This document shows positions 1-8,529 of a stretch of 32,139 bases of DNA, one piece after another. The stretch lies in assembly GCA_030637655.1 (NCBI GenBank), contig DAOWGI010000009.1, positions 1 to 32,139 on the forward strand. Direction: 5' to 3'. Below the pieces are notes generated by a model, which was not told the origin of the DNA, made no database searches, and saw nothing but the letters and a program-made list of their open reading frames with translations. The stretch is from a candidate division FCPU426 bacterium. GTDB taxonomy: Bacteria > Oederibacteriota > JAAXVQ01 > JAUVAV01. The translations under genes and the position numbers were made by a program. Each line of letters starts with the position of its first letter. Position 1 is the first letter of the stretch.

Positions 1-1
1 C

Positions 2-970
2 GAGCCTTGGTCAAGTGGTAATCTGGAAGAGACGCTCACAGCAGGCAGAGCCTATTTCTTCGCGCAACAAAGAACACCAGGTGTTGTCCGCTACTTAAGA
101 GCCGAGGATTCGGATGATTCGAACATTAAAGATGAATCTTCGCCGGACAATGCGTGGGGTTTGATACGTGTGGTAGAGGAGACGGATGTTAGTTTTCGTG
201 TCTATGTGGAAGGGGTGGAGGCTGTTGACAATACTCCGGTCTATGTTGATGCCAAACCCAATACCTTTACCATGCGTGTTGAAATACGTTATAATGGTAC
301 TGGTGAAATTGTGAATACAACCGGATCTTTTATCATGGAACCATCATTAACAACCGGCTCCTATACAGCAGCTAACGGGACATTAGGCATAACAGACGGT
401 CAGACAATGTACGGCGTATCGGAAATAAATAACCAAACTTATAGTATAACGGAAAACATATATATTAGAGTGCGTGATGCCGGCGGAACGGGTAGTCCGG
501 ATGAGGGTTATTCACCAGAGATTCGGGTAAGGGTTATCGCAACACCAACCAGCACACCGACTTATACTCCAACCACAACCACTGTAACTGTAACGCCAAC
601 GCCGAAACAAGCCATGACAGCGACTTATACTCCAACCCCAACGGCAACTGTAACCGCAACACCGGTAGTTCGCACAGATGCCGGGCATCGCCTCAGAGCG
701 TTTAATAATAAATTCAATCCGCTTAAAAATAGTCAACCGGCGAGTATCAGTTTTTATCTTGACGCAGAAGGAGAGGTAAGTATTAAGGTCTTTACGGTGA
801 ACGGTACACACATAAAGACATTGCTGCAGCAGCATTATTCGGCAGGCATGCATGCTGTGACCTGGGACGGGAGATCAACGGACGGTGATGTTGTTCCTTC
901 CGGAATATATATTGTGCATGTTACGGCGCCGGGTATTAACCAATATGTGCGCATTGGGATTGTGAAATAA
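2..970 (+). CDS. 5'-partial exported protein with PT-rich linker and C-terminal FlgD-Ig / T9SS type A-like sorting domain
   Basis: The frame is open from position 2 (EPWSSGNLEETL...), so the gene starts upstream of the window. TPTSTPTYTPT linker, then NKFNP...ISFYL...VSIKVFTVNG..IKTL...WDGRSTDGDVVPSGIYIV, typical of a FlgD-Ig C-terminal domain. Confidence 0.85.
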   Translation, partial: EPWSSGNLEETLTAGRAYFFAQQRTPGVVRYLRAEDSDDSNIKDESSPDNAWGLIRVVEETDVSFRVYVEGVEAVDNTPVYVDAKPNTFTMRVEIRYNGTGEIVNTTGSFIMEPSLTTGSYTAANGTLGITDGQTMYGVSEINNQTYSITENIYIRVRDAGGTGSPDEGYSPEIRVRVIATPTSTPTYTPTTTTVTVTPTPKQAMTATYTPTPTATVTATPVVRTDAGHRLRAFNNKFNPLKNSQPASISFYLDAEGEVSIKVFTVNGTHIKTLLQQHYSAGMHAVTWDGRSTDGDVVPSGIYIVHVTAPGINQYVRIGIVK

Positions 971-1028
971 ATTATGCGGATTAGTATTTTAAACCAAAAG
1001 ATGATCGTCATAAAAGGAGGAATTTAAG

Positions 1029-2003
1029 ATGAGGATAAAACAATGGATAATTGCCGGTTTAATAATAGGCTGGGGTTGGCCCACAGCAGCTTATGCCTTG
1101 AGCGGGGGAGAGTTACTGCGTGAACCGGCCGGCGCCAGGCAGGCGGGTATGGGTGAGGCGCATACTGCCATATCAGGTAATTTGGATGGGCTGTATTATA
1201 ATGCCGCTAGTGTGGCAGACATCAAGGCTCTGCAATTTAGCAGCATGTATGCTCTGAATGCCTTTGAAAATAAAAATATTAGTGTTGCTCTGGGTGTGCC
1301 GGTGCTGTGGTGGGGAAAAGGCGGTTTGGCCATCGGGTTGACTAGTCTGCTGGGGGCTGAAATGGAGATCAATTATTTGGACGGTTCCCAAGAGATGGTT
1401 ACTTCGCAGCAAGATATCGCTTTAACTATTGGTTATGGGCATCAATTAACAACGGGCATGCTGATCGGCGCCAGTATCAAGGCCTTTCATTCTCAACTAA
1501 TGGAAGAGTATGACGCTTTAGCCCTGGGCGCGGATATTGGTCTGATTTATAAACTTCAGGATTTGCCCGGTCTGAGCGCGGGGGTTGCGCTGCAAAATAT
1601 CGGGACTGAAATCAAGTACCTGGACCAGGGTGATCCTATGCCAACGATTCTACGCGCGGGTTTGGCTTACGCGAAGGCTGTTGGACAAGATCATTACTTG
1701 GTAGCCGGCCTGGATGCGCTCTTTAGTAATGACAAGGATCCCCAGCAGCATGTGGGGATCGAGTATGCCTGGCAGGATATGTTGTTTTTACGGACCGGTT
1801 ATAAGCTTGGTTATGATATTGATTCACTAACCGCGGGTGCGGGGTTGAAAATTGAGGGATTGCAGATTGATTATGCTTTTACCAGCCGGAGCATTGCCGA
1901 GAGTATTCACCGTTTTAGCATTGGCTATACTTTTAGTGCCGGTAGAAATAAACAAGCTATAAATCAATCCCCTGAAACTAAGCAGCAGAAAACAGTTAAA
2001 TAG
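1029..2003 (+). CDS. PorV/PorQ (UPF0164)-family outer-membrane beta-barrel protein
   Basis: AAGGAGG RBS, signal peptide, GARQAGMGEA-x-TA...YYNAA motif, DIGLIY, LQNIG, LRTGY, IDYAF, HRFSIGYTF C-terminal strand. Confidence 0.85.
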   Translation: MRIKQWIIAGLIIGWGWPTAAYALSGGELLREPAGARQAGMGEAHTAISGNLDGLYYNAASVADIKALQFSSMYALNAFENKNISVALGVPVLWWGKGGLAIGLTSLLGAEMEINYLDGSQEMVTSQQDIALTIGYGHQLTTGMLIGASIKAFHSQLMEEYDALALGADIGLIYKLQDLPGLSAGVALQNIGTEIKYLDQGDPMPTILRAGLAYAKAVGQDHYLVAGLDALFSNDKDPQQHVGIEYAWQDMLFLRTGYKLGYDIDSLTAGAGLKIEGLQIDYAFTSRSIAESIHRFSIGYTFSAGRNKQAINQSPETKQQKTVK

Positions 2004-2145
2004 TTTATGAGAGAGGTTTTTTAATGGGAATGGGGAGAGATATCGTGTCTTTATGAAAACAAAAAACATCTGGCCGGGATGGTGATGGCCGTTATTTCTT
2101 CAAGCTGCGGTTATTTTAGTAGGGGTTCAAAATTTTGAGCCCCTA

Positions 2146-4110
2146 CTATTTTTCGACCGGGGCCGGTATATTGAAAATAATTTCTACGCGACGGTTTTTA
2201 GCCTGCTTTTTGAGATTGCCGCTTTTAACTAAAAGATTTTCCGCGCCGTAACCTTGCGTGACGATTTTCCGGGAATAGGGTATACCGTGTTGCCGCAGGT
2301 ATTTTTTTACGTTTTCCGAACGCCGGCCGCTTATATTATAATTACCCCATTTCCGTCCAATGGAATCGGCATGTCCTTCAATACCGACCTGACTTTGCGA
2401 ACCATATTTTTGGTAAATCTCTAAAGTTTTTTCAAGCGAAGGCATCATCTCCGGTTGAATATTTGCTTTTTGGAAGTCGAAAATAATCCCGCCTATTTTG
2501 AAACGCACTTGCTTGCTGTCACGCGAAAGGAATTCCGCGGGTATGGGAATAATGGTTTTTTGAATAATAATCCGGGATCCCTCACAATCTGTCAGGTGTA
2601 ATTGATAGGCGTAGTGTTGGGAAGGATCTGCTAAGACACCCTGATCATCTTGTCCATCCCACAACTGTTCGGCCGGCAAGGGGCCGCGTTGCTTTATGGA
2701 GGTTACCTGCTTCCCTTGGTTTTCTTCGATATTCAAAATCCAGGAGTTAATTTTTTTCACATCTCCCTTAAACTGAAACGAAACCCCTGGTTCTATGCCT
2801 TCGCCCCGCTCTTTAAAACATAATTTCACGGCCGGCATAATACTCGGCCAGGTTTGGGTTTGGGTTATTAACCCACGGTCAGTAAAATATTCAAACTGAT
2901 ACACCAATCCATCGGGATTTACCGGCCGGCCCTCGGCATCCAGTCCATCCCAGGTAAACTGACGGGGGATAGCCTGGTGGGCATATGAAAACTCACGCAG
3001 GACATTGCCTTTACTGTCTTTGATTTTAAAATGTAATTCTTTCACTTGATAGTTTTGATCAATAGGTTTTGGCATAAAGATTATTTGGAAATCATTGCTG
3101 CGCGCAGGCAGCTTTTCACGCAATTCAGGAGCTACCGGTCTCGGATGAACGGTTGGAAGGGAGGTCTGAGAAGAAATTTTTTCAGTTAACTCACGCGGCG
3201 TCGCAGGGGGTGGCTGATAACGATAACCTAAGGTAATATAATGCGCGTCGCCGATAAAGCCCGTGGGTTCAAACACATAATCGAGATAGTAATTTTTCCA
3301 CTTGAAACCAATACCTGCCGTAAACCAGGATATTCCTGCCAGTTTTGCCGTATCTGCCGGCCCATTATGCCATCCCGTCCGCACGGCGAGAAATTCAAAA
3401 ACATTCCATTCCACCCCACTCCCAAGATAAATATTGCCATCACGCGGCAGGACAATATCTAAAGCCAGATTTAAACTGGAAAACAATTCCAGGCCGGCCC
3501 CGGTTCGTATTTCCAAACTTAAGGGATCACCGCTATCGGTTTGCCCCCAACGCAGCAACGACGCGCCTATGCGAAGATCAGGCGCGATTTCCCAATCCGC
3601 CCCGAGATCCAGGCCCCAGCCTTTCACCTGGGCAGTATGCAGATCCTGAACAATATAATGCAGTGCCACGCCTAAAGCCACTTCACCTATCATTTGGCCC
3701 CAGGCCAGAGAAGCATCCATATCCCAGGTCGCAAATGAGCCGGTAGGATTATCGAAATTGTCATAACCAAGGATATCGCTGGTTTGGGCATAAGTAAGGC
3801 TTAAGGCCGGCACGCCCCAGGGCAGGGGCCAAGCTGCCCGGAAAAAGCCAAGTTCTGTATCCAGAAGATGGCGGCAAAAGGAAAGCTCCGCATTAAGATA
3901 ATCATAATATGTCAAAGCAGCCGGGTTCCAGTCCAAAGCCTGCGCTCCCACTGCTGCGGCAGTGCCTGCTCCGCCCATAGCCAGTAATCGCGAAGCAGAC
4001 GGCTGTGCCGGCAATAAGGCAGCTGATGTTCCGGCGTTATCTGTGCCAAAAGCCTGGACCTGACTATAAAGGAGAAAGAGGCAGATTGACAGGAGCAGGA
4101 TTTTTTTCAA
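2146..4110 (-). CDS. PorV-family beta-barrel fused to two FlgD-Ig-like modules and a C-terminal OmpA-like peptidoglycan-binding domain
   Basis: AAGGAGG RBS with TTG start, signal peptide, SRLLAMGGAGTA..WNPAAL, HYITLGYRY; FTWDGLDAEG and LWDGQDDQG modules; IIFDF..IEGHADSIG..NYNISGRRS..GYG..NRRVEI OmpA motif. Confidence 0.85.
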   Translation of the reverse strand: MKKILLLSICLFLLYSQVQAFGTDNAGTSAALLPAQPSASRLLAMGGAGTAAAVGAQALDWNPAALTYYDYLNAELSFCRHLLDTELGFFRAAWPLPWGVPALSLTYAQTSDILGYDNFDNPTGSFATWDMDASLAWGQMIGEVALGVALHYIVQDLHTAQVKGWGLDLGADWEIAPDLRIGASLLRWGQTDSGDPLSLEIRTGAGLELFSSLNLALDIVLPRDGNIYLGSGVEWNVFEFLAVRTGWHNGPADTAKLAGISWFTAGIGFKWKNYYLDYVFEPTGFIGDAHYITLGYRYQPPPATPRELTEKISSQTSLPTVHPRPVAPELREKLPARSNDFQIIFMPKPIDQNYQVKELHFKIKDSKGNVLREFSYAHQAIPRQFTWDGLDAEGRPVNPDGLVYQFEYFTDRGLITQTQTWPSIMPAVKLCFKERGEGIEPGVSFQFKGDVKKINSWILNIEENQGKQVTSIKQRGPLPAEQLWDGQDDQGVLADPSQHYAYQLHLTDCEGSRIIIQKTIIPIPAEFLSRDSKQVRFKIGGIIFDFQKANIQPEMMPSLEKTLEIYQKYGSQSQVGIEGHADSIGRKWGNYNISGRRSENVKKYLRQHGIPYSRKIVTQGYGAENLLVKSGNLKKQAKNRRVEIIFNIPAPVEK

Positions 4111-4177
4111 CCGGCAGGTTCCTCCTTTATATTTTTTAGTAACTCTTTTATATTCCGCACAAAGGCCGGGTATTTCT

Positions 4178-6628
4178 TCACGGGGTAATCACGACTTTTT
4201 GTTTGCGTATTTGGCCATCCAATTTCATGATTACCATGTAGGTTCCAGGGGCCAGCTGCTTACCGGCCTGATTTATTCCTTGCCAGAATATACAGCCCTT
4301 ACCCGCGCCGCACCGCGCATTAATTAGGGTAATAATATGCCGTCCGCGCAAATCATAAATTTCCAGAGTAAACCGGCCGCTATGAGGCAAAGCATAGGGG
4401 ATGGTAACGCGCTGGCCGCGCGGGACCGGATTGGGAAAGACATGATGCGCGATGGGTAATCCCTCTCTTTGCTGAAGGCTGATATTAAATTCCTTTGCCG
4501 TATCCTGGGAAAGCGTCACCTCAATATCCGTACTCGCATAATTGAGGTGTATGGGATCTTCCACTCTTAAGGTGTAGGGCAAAACCAAGGGATTAGCTGC
4601 TAATAATTTATATACTCCTACTGAATTGGATTGCACTGCGGTCACGGTCGCGTTCTCAGAAGTCTTGAGCGTCAAGCGGATATCGGGCAAACCCTGTCCG
4701 CTGGCAGCATCACTGACTAGGCCGTATAAGCCGGGAACGAATTCAATCGTTGGTTTAGTGTTGATTTTAACCCCCATAACGCTTACGCTTAGAGTTTTTT
4801 GACCGGCTAGCGGAGAAATCATTTTTGCCGAATATTTCCCCGAACCGGCAGTATCTTCATCCCAGGCCCCAGATAAAAGCGAAGCATCTCCTCCGGATAT
4901 GGTTACGTTGAAATCCGATCTGGACAAATCAGGGATAGGATTGTTGTCTTCATCACGCACCGTAATAGTAATCAAACTGTAATCCTCTTTCCGGCCTGAG
5001 GCTAAAACCGGCTGCGTTGCGGTTATAATTGTTTTATCCTGATCCGGCAATTTGGTCCAGCGCAACAGCATAGCCCCGCTTCGGCCGCCATAAGCAAAAT
5101 TCGTTTCATTCCAGGCTTTCTCCCATTCGACTATGCGCAGGTAATATTTTTGTCCGCTATTTGTGGGCCGGCTGCGCTTGACTTGTAAATCAAATGAGTC
5201 GTAAAAAGATGTATTGTCAATCTTAAACAAACCCGGTTCCCCGGCAACCGCATTAATGTTAGTTCCACTGATTTCCGCCAGGGTATCAGGCGAGACCATG
5301 GAATAGGAATGAAGAAAAATATAAAGTTGATAATCGGGTTGCGTCTCTGACAACAGGGCATTATTACTATTTTCCAGCCTGACTGTCGTACTAATCAATA
5401 CTTCAGGATCTTCTCGTTGTTTCGTTGCGCTCGCGAAACCAATATGGTGAAAAAGATTGGTGTTTTCGGCTAATTCCCAGCAACCTATATCCCACTTATT
5501 CTTCGGACGGGATGCGCCGTCATAATCAACTGCCGGAGCATATTTGCCGCCATATTTATTATTGCCATGTCCCAGAGCAATGGCGTCAAGTGCCGGCGCG
5601 GGCGGATTTTCCGGCCCCCAGGTGAGGGCATAGCAGAAACTGCTTCCCCAGCCGTCCCGCTTCAAGGCGCCCATCCAGGTTTTTTGATTGAAAAAAGAAA
5701 ACGTAGTAGCGCTCTCCAAAAGTATCCCAAAAGCTTGTCCGCTGACAGGTAGAATAAAATTATGGCCGCTCATCCAGGCAGTAACACACTGTTCAGCTTC
5801 ACACGTACTGCCATAGGTGGTATAAATCTGGGCATTGCTGTTATTGCTTATGATATTATTAAAAATAACGGTCCCGATACTGGCATCTTCCACTATAATT
5901 CCGTAATTGCTTTGTCCTTCAATAAAATTATTGACCACGACATTGTTCTTAGTATCCAATAAGTGTATGCCATTTTTATTCCCGTAAATCCAGGAGTTCT
6001 GAATCGTGATATCAGGACAGCGCTCAACCCAAAAGGCGGTTTGCAGGCCGGTGATTATTCCTTTGCTGAATTGTATATCCTTACTCTTGCCGGTGATCAG
6101 CAAACCGTTCCCAGAACCAGCGGTTACTTTTATACTGGACCCGGTGAATTCAATCTTCTGACTCTCCTCTATTTTGATCAAGCTGTCAGTGCCGCCGGGA
6201 TTGAGGGTGCGGAACACGAGCGACTCAAAGCTAATATTTTGGGAGTTTTGTATTTTTAAAACAAATGACTCAGTCTCTTTAGCTTTAATTTCTATTGGAC
6301 CCGGAGGAACAGCGGGAAAGTGACTACTCGATGTATCACCAACAAAACTTACTGCTTGCGGCGTTATTAAGCCGTTGATCTGAAGCCCCACGGTTTTATA
6401 AACCCCGGGCGCGATAATAACATTATATTTTATCGCGGTTGGCGAGTTTTGAATTTCATTGATAGCCTTACTTATGCTTTTTAGGGCGTTGGCAGCGGTC
6501 AGGCCGTCTTTGTCATCATCGCCGGTTGAAGAAACATAATAGGTGATGTCCGCGAATGACAGGCTGGTGTAAAAACAAAGTGAAAAAAGCAGAAGACCCC
6601 ATAGGCGACGAAAAAAAGTTCTGGACAT
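4178..6628 (-). CDS. Exported right-handed parallel beta-helix protein with invasin-type Ig and carboxypeptidase-regulatory-like domains and C-terminal T9SS/FlgD-like domain
   Basis: AAGGAG RBS, signal peptide, YYVSSTGDD..GLTAANALKSISKA start, N/I-rich beta-helix repeats, DYDGASRP..WDIGCWE, ITITVRDEDNNPI, GLVSDAASGQGL, VFPNPV..IYDLRGR..WQGINQAGKQLAPGTY..KVVI. Confidence 0.8.
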   Translation of the reverse strand: MSRTFFRRLWGLLLFSLCFYTSLSFADITYYVSSTGDDDKDGLTAANALKSISKAINEIQNSPTAIKYNVIIAPGVYKTVGLQINGLITPQAVSFVGDTSSSHFPAVPPGPIEIKAKETESFVLKIQNSQNISFESLVFRTLNPGGTDSLIKIEESQKIEFTGSSIKVTAGSGNGLLITGKSKDIQFSKGIITGLQTAFWVERCPDITIQNSWIYGNKNGIHLLDTKNNVVVNNFIEGQSNYGIIVEDASIGTVIFNNIISNNSNAQIYTTYGSTCEAEQCVTAWMSGHNFILPVSGQAFGILLESATTFSFFNQKTWMGALKRDGWGSSFCYALTWGPENPPAPALDAIALGHGNNKYGGKYAPAVDYDGASRPKNKWDIGCWELAENTNLFHHIGFASATKQREDPEVLISTTVRLENSNNALLSETQPDYQLYIFLHSYSMVSPDTLAEISGTNINAVAGEPGLFKIDNTSFYDSFDLQVKRSRPTNSGQKYYLRIVEWEKAWNETNFAYGGRSGAMLLRWTKLPDQDKTIITATQPVLASGRKEDYSLITITVRDEDNNPIPDLSRSDFNVTISGGDASLLSGAWDEDTAGSGKYSAKMISPLAGQKTLSVSVMGVKINTKPTIEFVPGLYGLVSDAASGQGLPDIRLTLKTSENATVTAVQSNSVGVYKLLAANPLVLPYTLRVEDPIHLNYASTDIEVTLSQDTAKEFNISLQQREGLPIAHHVFPNPVPRGQRVTIPYALPHSGRFTLEIYDLRGRHIITLINARCGAGKGCIFWQGINQAGKQLAPGTYMVIMKLDGQIRKQKVVITP

Positions 6629-6835
6629 AATAACTCCTTCCTTAAATTGTAAGTATCGGCGCTTATTTCAATTTATATAGCTTATTTGCTGCCAACGATA
6701 CAATTCGGATAGGGACAATCGTCTGTCTTTGTCAAACAGACTATGACAGGACACGCGGCCGTTTACTACGTCTAAGTCCTTTACACACTATTTCGGATTT
6801 TGTTAAACTTTTCTTGAGAACCAATATCCTATTAT

Positions 6836-8152
6836 CTACCGCCAGGTGGGAACCAGATTGTCATAATAGCTTTTAGTGAGATTCCGCTGGTTGGTTCCGT
6901 CAATATTCATGATAAAAATATTCCAGGCGTTCTCCCAGCGGGCAATAAACGCCACTTCCGTACCATCGGGAGCAACCGCCGGGTCATCCTTGTCTGCGGG
7001 ATCCTGGGTTATTCGGTAGTGGTGATCCAGATTCAGGTCATACACGGATATTTGCCGGACTTTATACTCGCCGATGTCAGAGGTAAAGATCAATCTCCCT
7101 CCGGCAGGTGAGTAAACCGGGTCCCCTCGGTAGCCGAGCTCGCCGGTCTTGATCAGAACCGTGGATTTTCGCGTGGCCAGTTTCATGATAAATACTTCGC
7201 TGCGGTTGTTCACGCTGGACTCGTATGCAATGATTTTTCCGTCCGGGGAAAAACTGTATCCATGGTTGTTGCCGTAGGTATTGGTCAGGAGCGTGAGATT
7301 AGCCCCGGTGGCGTCCATCATGCCGAGCTCGGAAGAGCCCTCGCGATGGATGGTAAAGAGAATCCGGTGGTTATTCGGACTCCAGATTGGATTTGTTTTG
7401 TCTTTGGGACCGGACGTGATCCGGCGAATAGCTTGGGTTTTGAGATCCAGCAGGTAGATTTGATAAACGCTGCCTTCCCGGTTGGAGCTGAAGGCAATGG
7501 TCTCGCCGTCGTAGGAGAAGTGCGGATCGCGGTCAAACGCGTTGCACTCCGTCAGGCGCTCCACATTGTTCCCGTCCGAATCCATCATATGCAATTGATA
7601 AAAACGGCCGTTTGCGCGGTTGGAGGCAAAAGCAATCTTGCGGAAACCGCCTCCTGTCGGAGTAGGCGTGGGTACAGGCGTCTGCGTTATGGTGGAAGTA
7701 GGGGTCGCACTTGGATACAGGATTTTGGGCTTGGGTTTCGGCTTCGGTGGAGCGGATTTTAAAATTATGGGTCGGGGTTCGGGCTTCGGCTTCGGCACGG
7801 AGCCGTAGTCGTAACACGGACCCAAAGTGAAGAGGATAAACAGCATTAAAAAAGCCAGCACCATCAGGCTGCTCAATAAAAATCCGTCGTCATCCGAAAT
7901 GTCAAACCAGTGAATGATTTTCGAAATGACCGGCCATTGCTTGAATTTCAGGTTAGCCAGCCATTGTTTGGCTTTTACCGGCCATCGCTTACATTCTGAA
8001 TTTTCCAACCATTCTTTGATTTTTGACAGAAACAACTGCGGTTTGATATTCGAGAGATTCAGCCACTGCCTGATTTTCGAAATGTCCAACCACGGTTTAT
8101 TTTTCAAGGTTCCCCATCCGAAAATTTGCTCAGCGCGGCTGCCCACTTTCAC
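6836..8152 (-). CDS. Membrane-anchored TolB-like beta-propeller (PD40 repeats)
   Basis: KIAFASNR, DPHFSYDG, PIWSPN, FSPDGK, PVYSPAG, PAVAPDG repeats; a TM helix near aa 91-110 followed by a Pro/Thr-rich linker. Confidence 0.85.
   Translation of the reverse strand: MKVGSRAEQIFGWGTLKNKPWLDISKIRQWLNLSNIKPQLFLSKIKEWLENSECKRWPVKAKQWLANLKFKQWPVISKIIHWFDISDDDGFLLSSLMVLAFLMLFILFTLGPCYDYGSVPKPKPEPRPIILKSAPPKPKPKPKILYPSATPTSTITQTPVPTPTPTGGGFRKIAFASNRANGRFYQLHMMDSDGNNVERLTECNAFDRDPHFSYDGETIAFSSNREGSVYQIYLLDLKTQAIRRITSGPKDKTNPIWSPNNHRILFTIHREGSSELGMMDATGANLTLLTNTYGNNHGYSFSPDGKIIAYESSVNNRSEVFIMKLATRKSTVLIKTGELGYRGDPVYSPAGGRLIFTSDIGEYKVRQISVYDLNLDHHYRITQDPADKDDPAVAPDGTEVAFIARWENAWNIFIMNIDGTNQRNLTKSYYDNLVPTWR
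7895..8095 (-). repeat. Degenerate ~9-aa Trp-containing repeats in the N-terminus of the TolB-like protein
   Basis: WLDISKIRQ/WLNLSNIKP/QLFLSKIKE/WLENSECKR/WPVKAKQ/WLANLKFKQ/WPVISKIIH/WFDIS. Confidence 0.6.
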
Positions 8153-8298
8153 ACTATAAATGATACCTTACTGAAAAGCTATTATTTTAATGAAAATGTT
8201 CCGTCGCTTATACTTCCCGGATCGTACGCCCGAGGTTTTTATTATCGGGAAAAAAGCGGTTGTTTAAAGTATATAATGACACCCGCTCAAAAGGTGTG

Positions 8299-8345
8299 TT
8301 GACTCAAAATAAGGGTAACCCAAAGGAACCTTTATTTTGAGTCAA
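8299..8345. repeat. Long inverted repeat in the divergent intergenic region
   Basis: TTGACTCAAAATAA (8299-8312) and TTATTTTGAGTCAA (8332-8345) are perfect 14-bp arms, extendable to 18 bp with one G-T pair. Confidence 0.75.
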
Positions 8346-8367
8346 TAAGGTTAAAAAATTGGTGTTA

Positions 8368-8413
8368 TTGGATTTCGTGATTTTCATGTGCTATATTTAT
8401 ACTAGTATAAATA
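8368..8413 (+). promoter_or_regulatory. Putative sigma70 promoter of the giant ORF with an overlapping 20-bp palindromic operator
   Basis: TTGGAT (8368-8373), 18-bp spacer, extended -10 TGcTATATT (8389-8397); perfect palindrome TATTTATACTAGTATAAATA (8394-8413). Confidence 0.5.
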
Positions 8414-8529
8414 AGTATATATATTTATTACCAGTACTGTTCACTGTCTGAATTAGACAAAGGATGTTTTGGACAGGAATTATTTATTACAACTAATAAA
8501 TATGAATTAGCATTATTGCTTGTTTTTTA

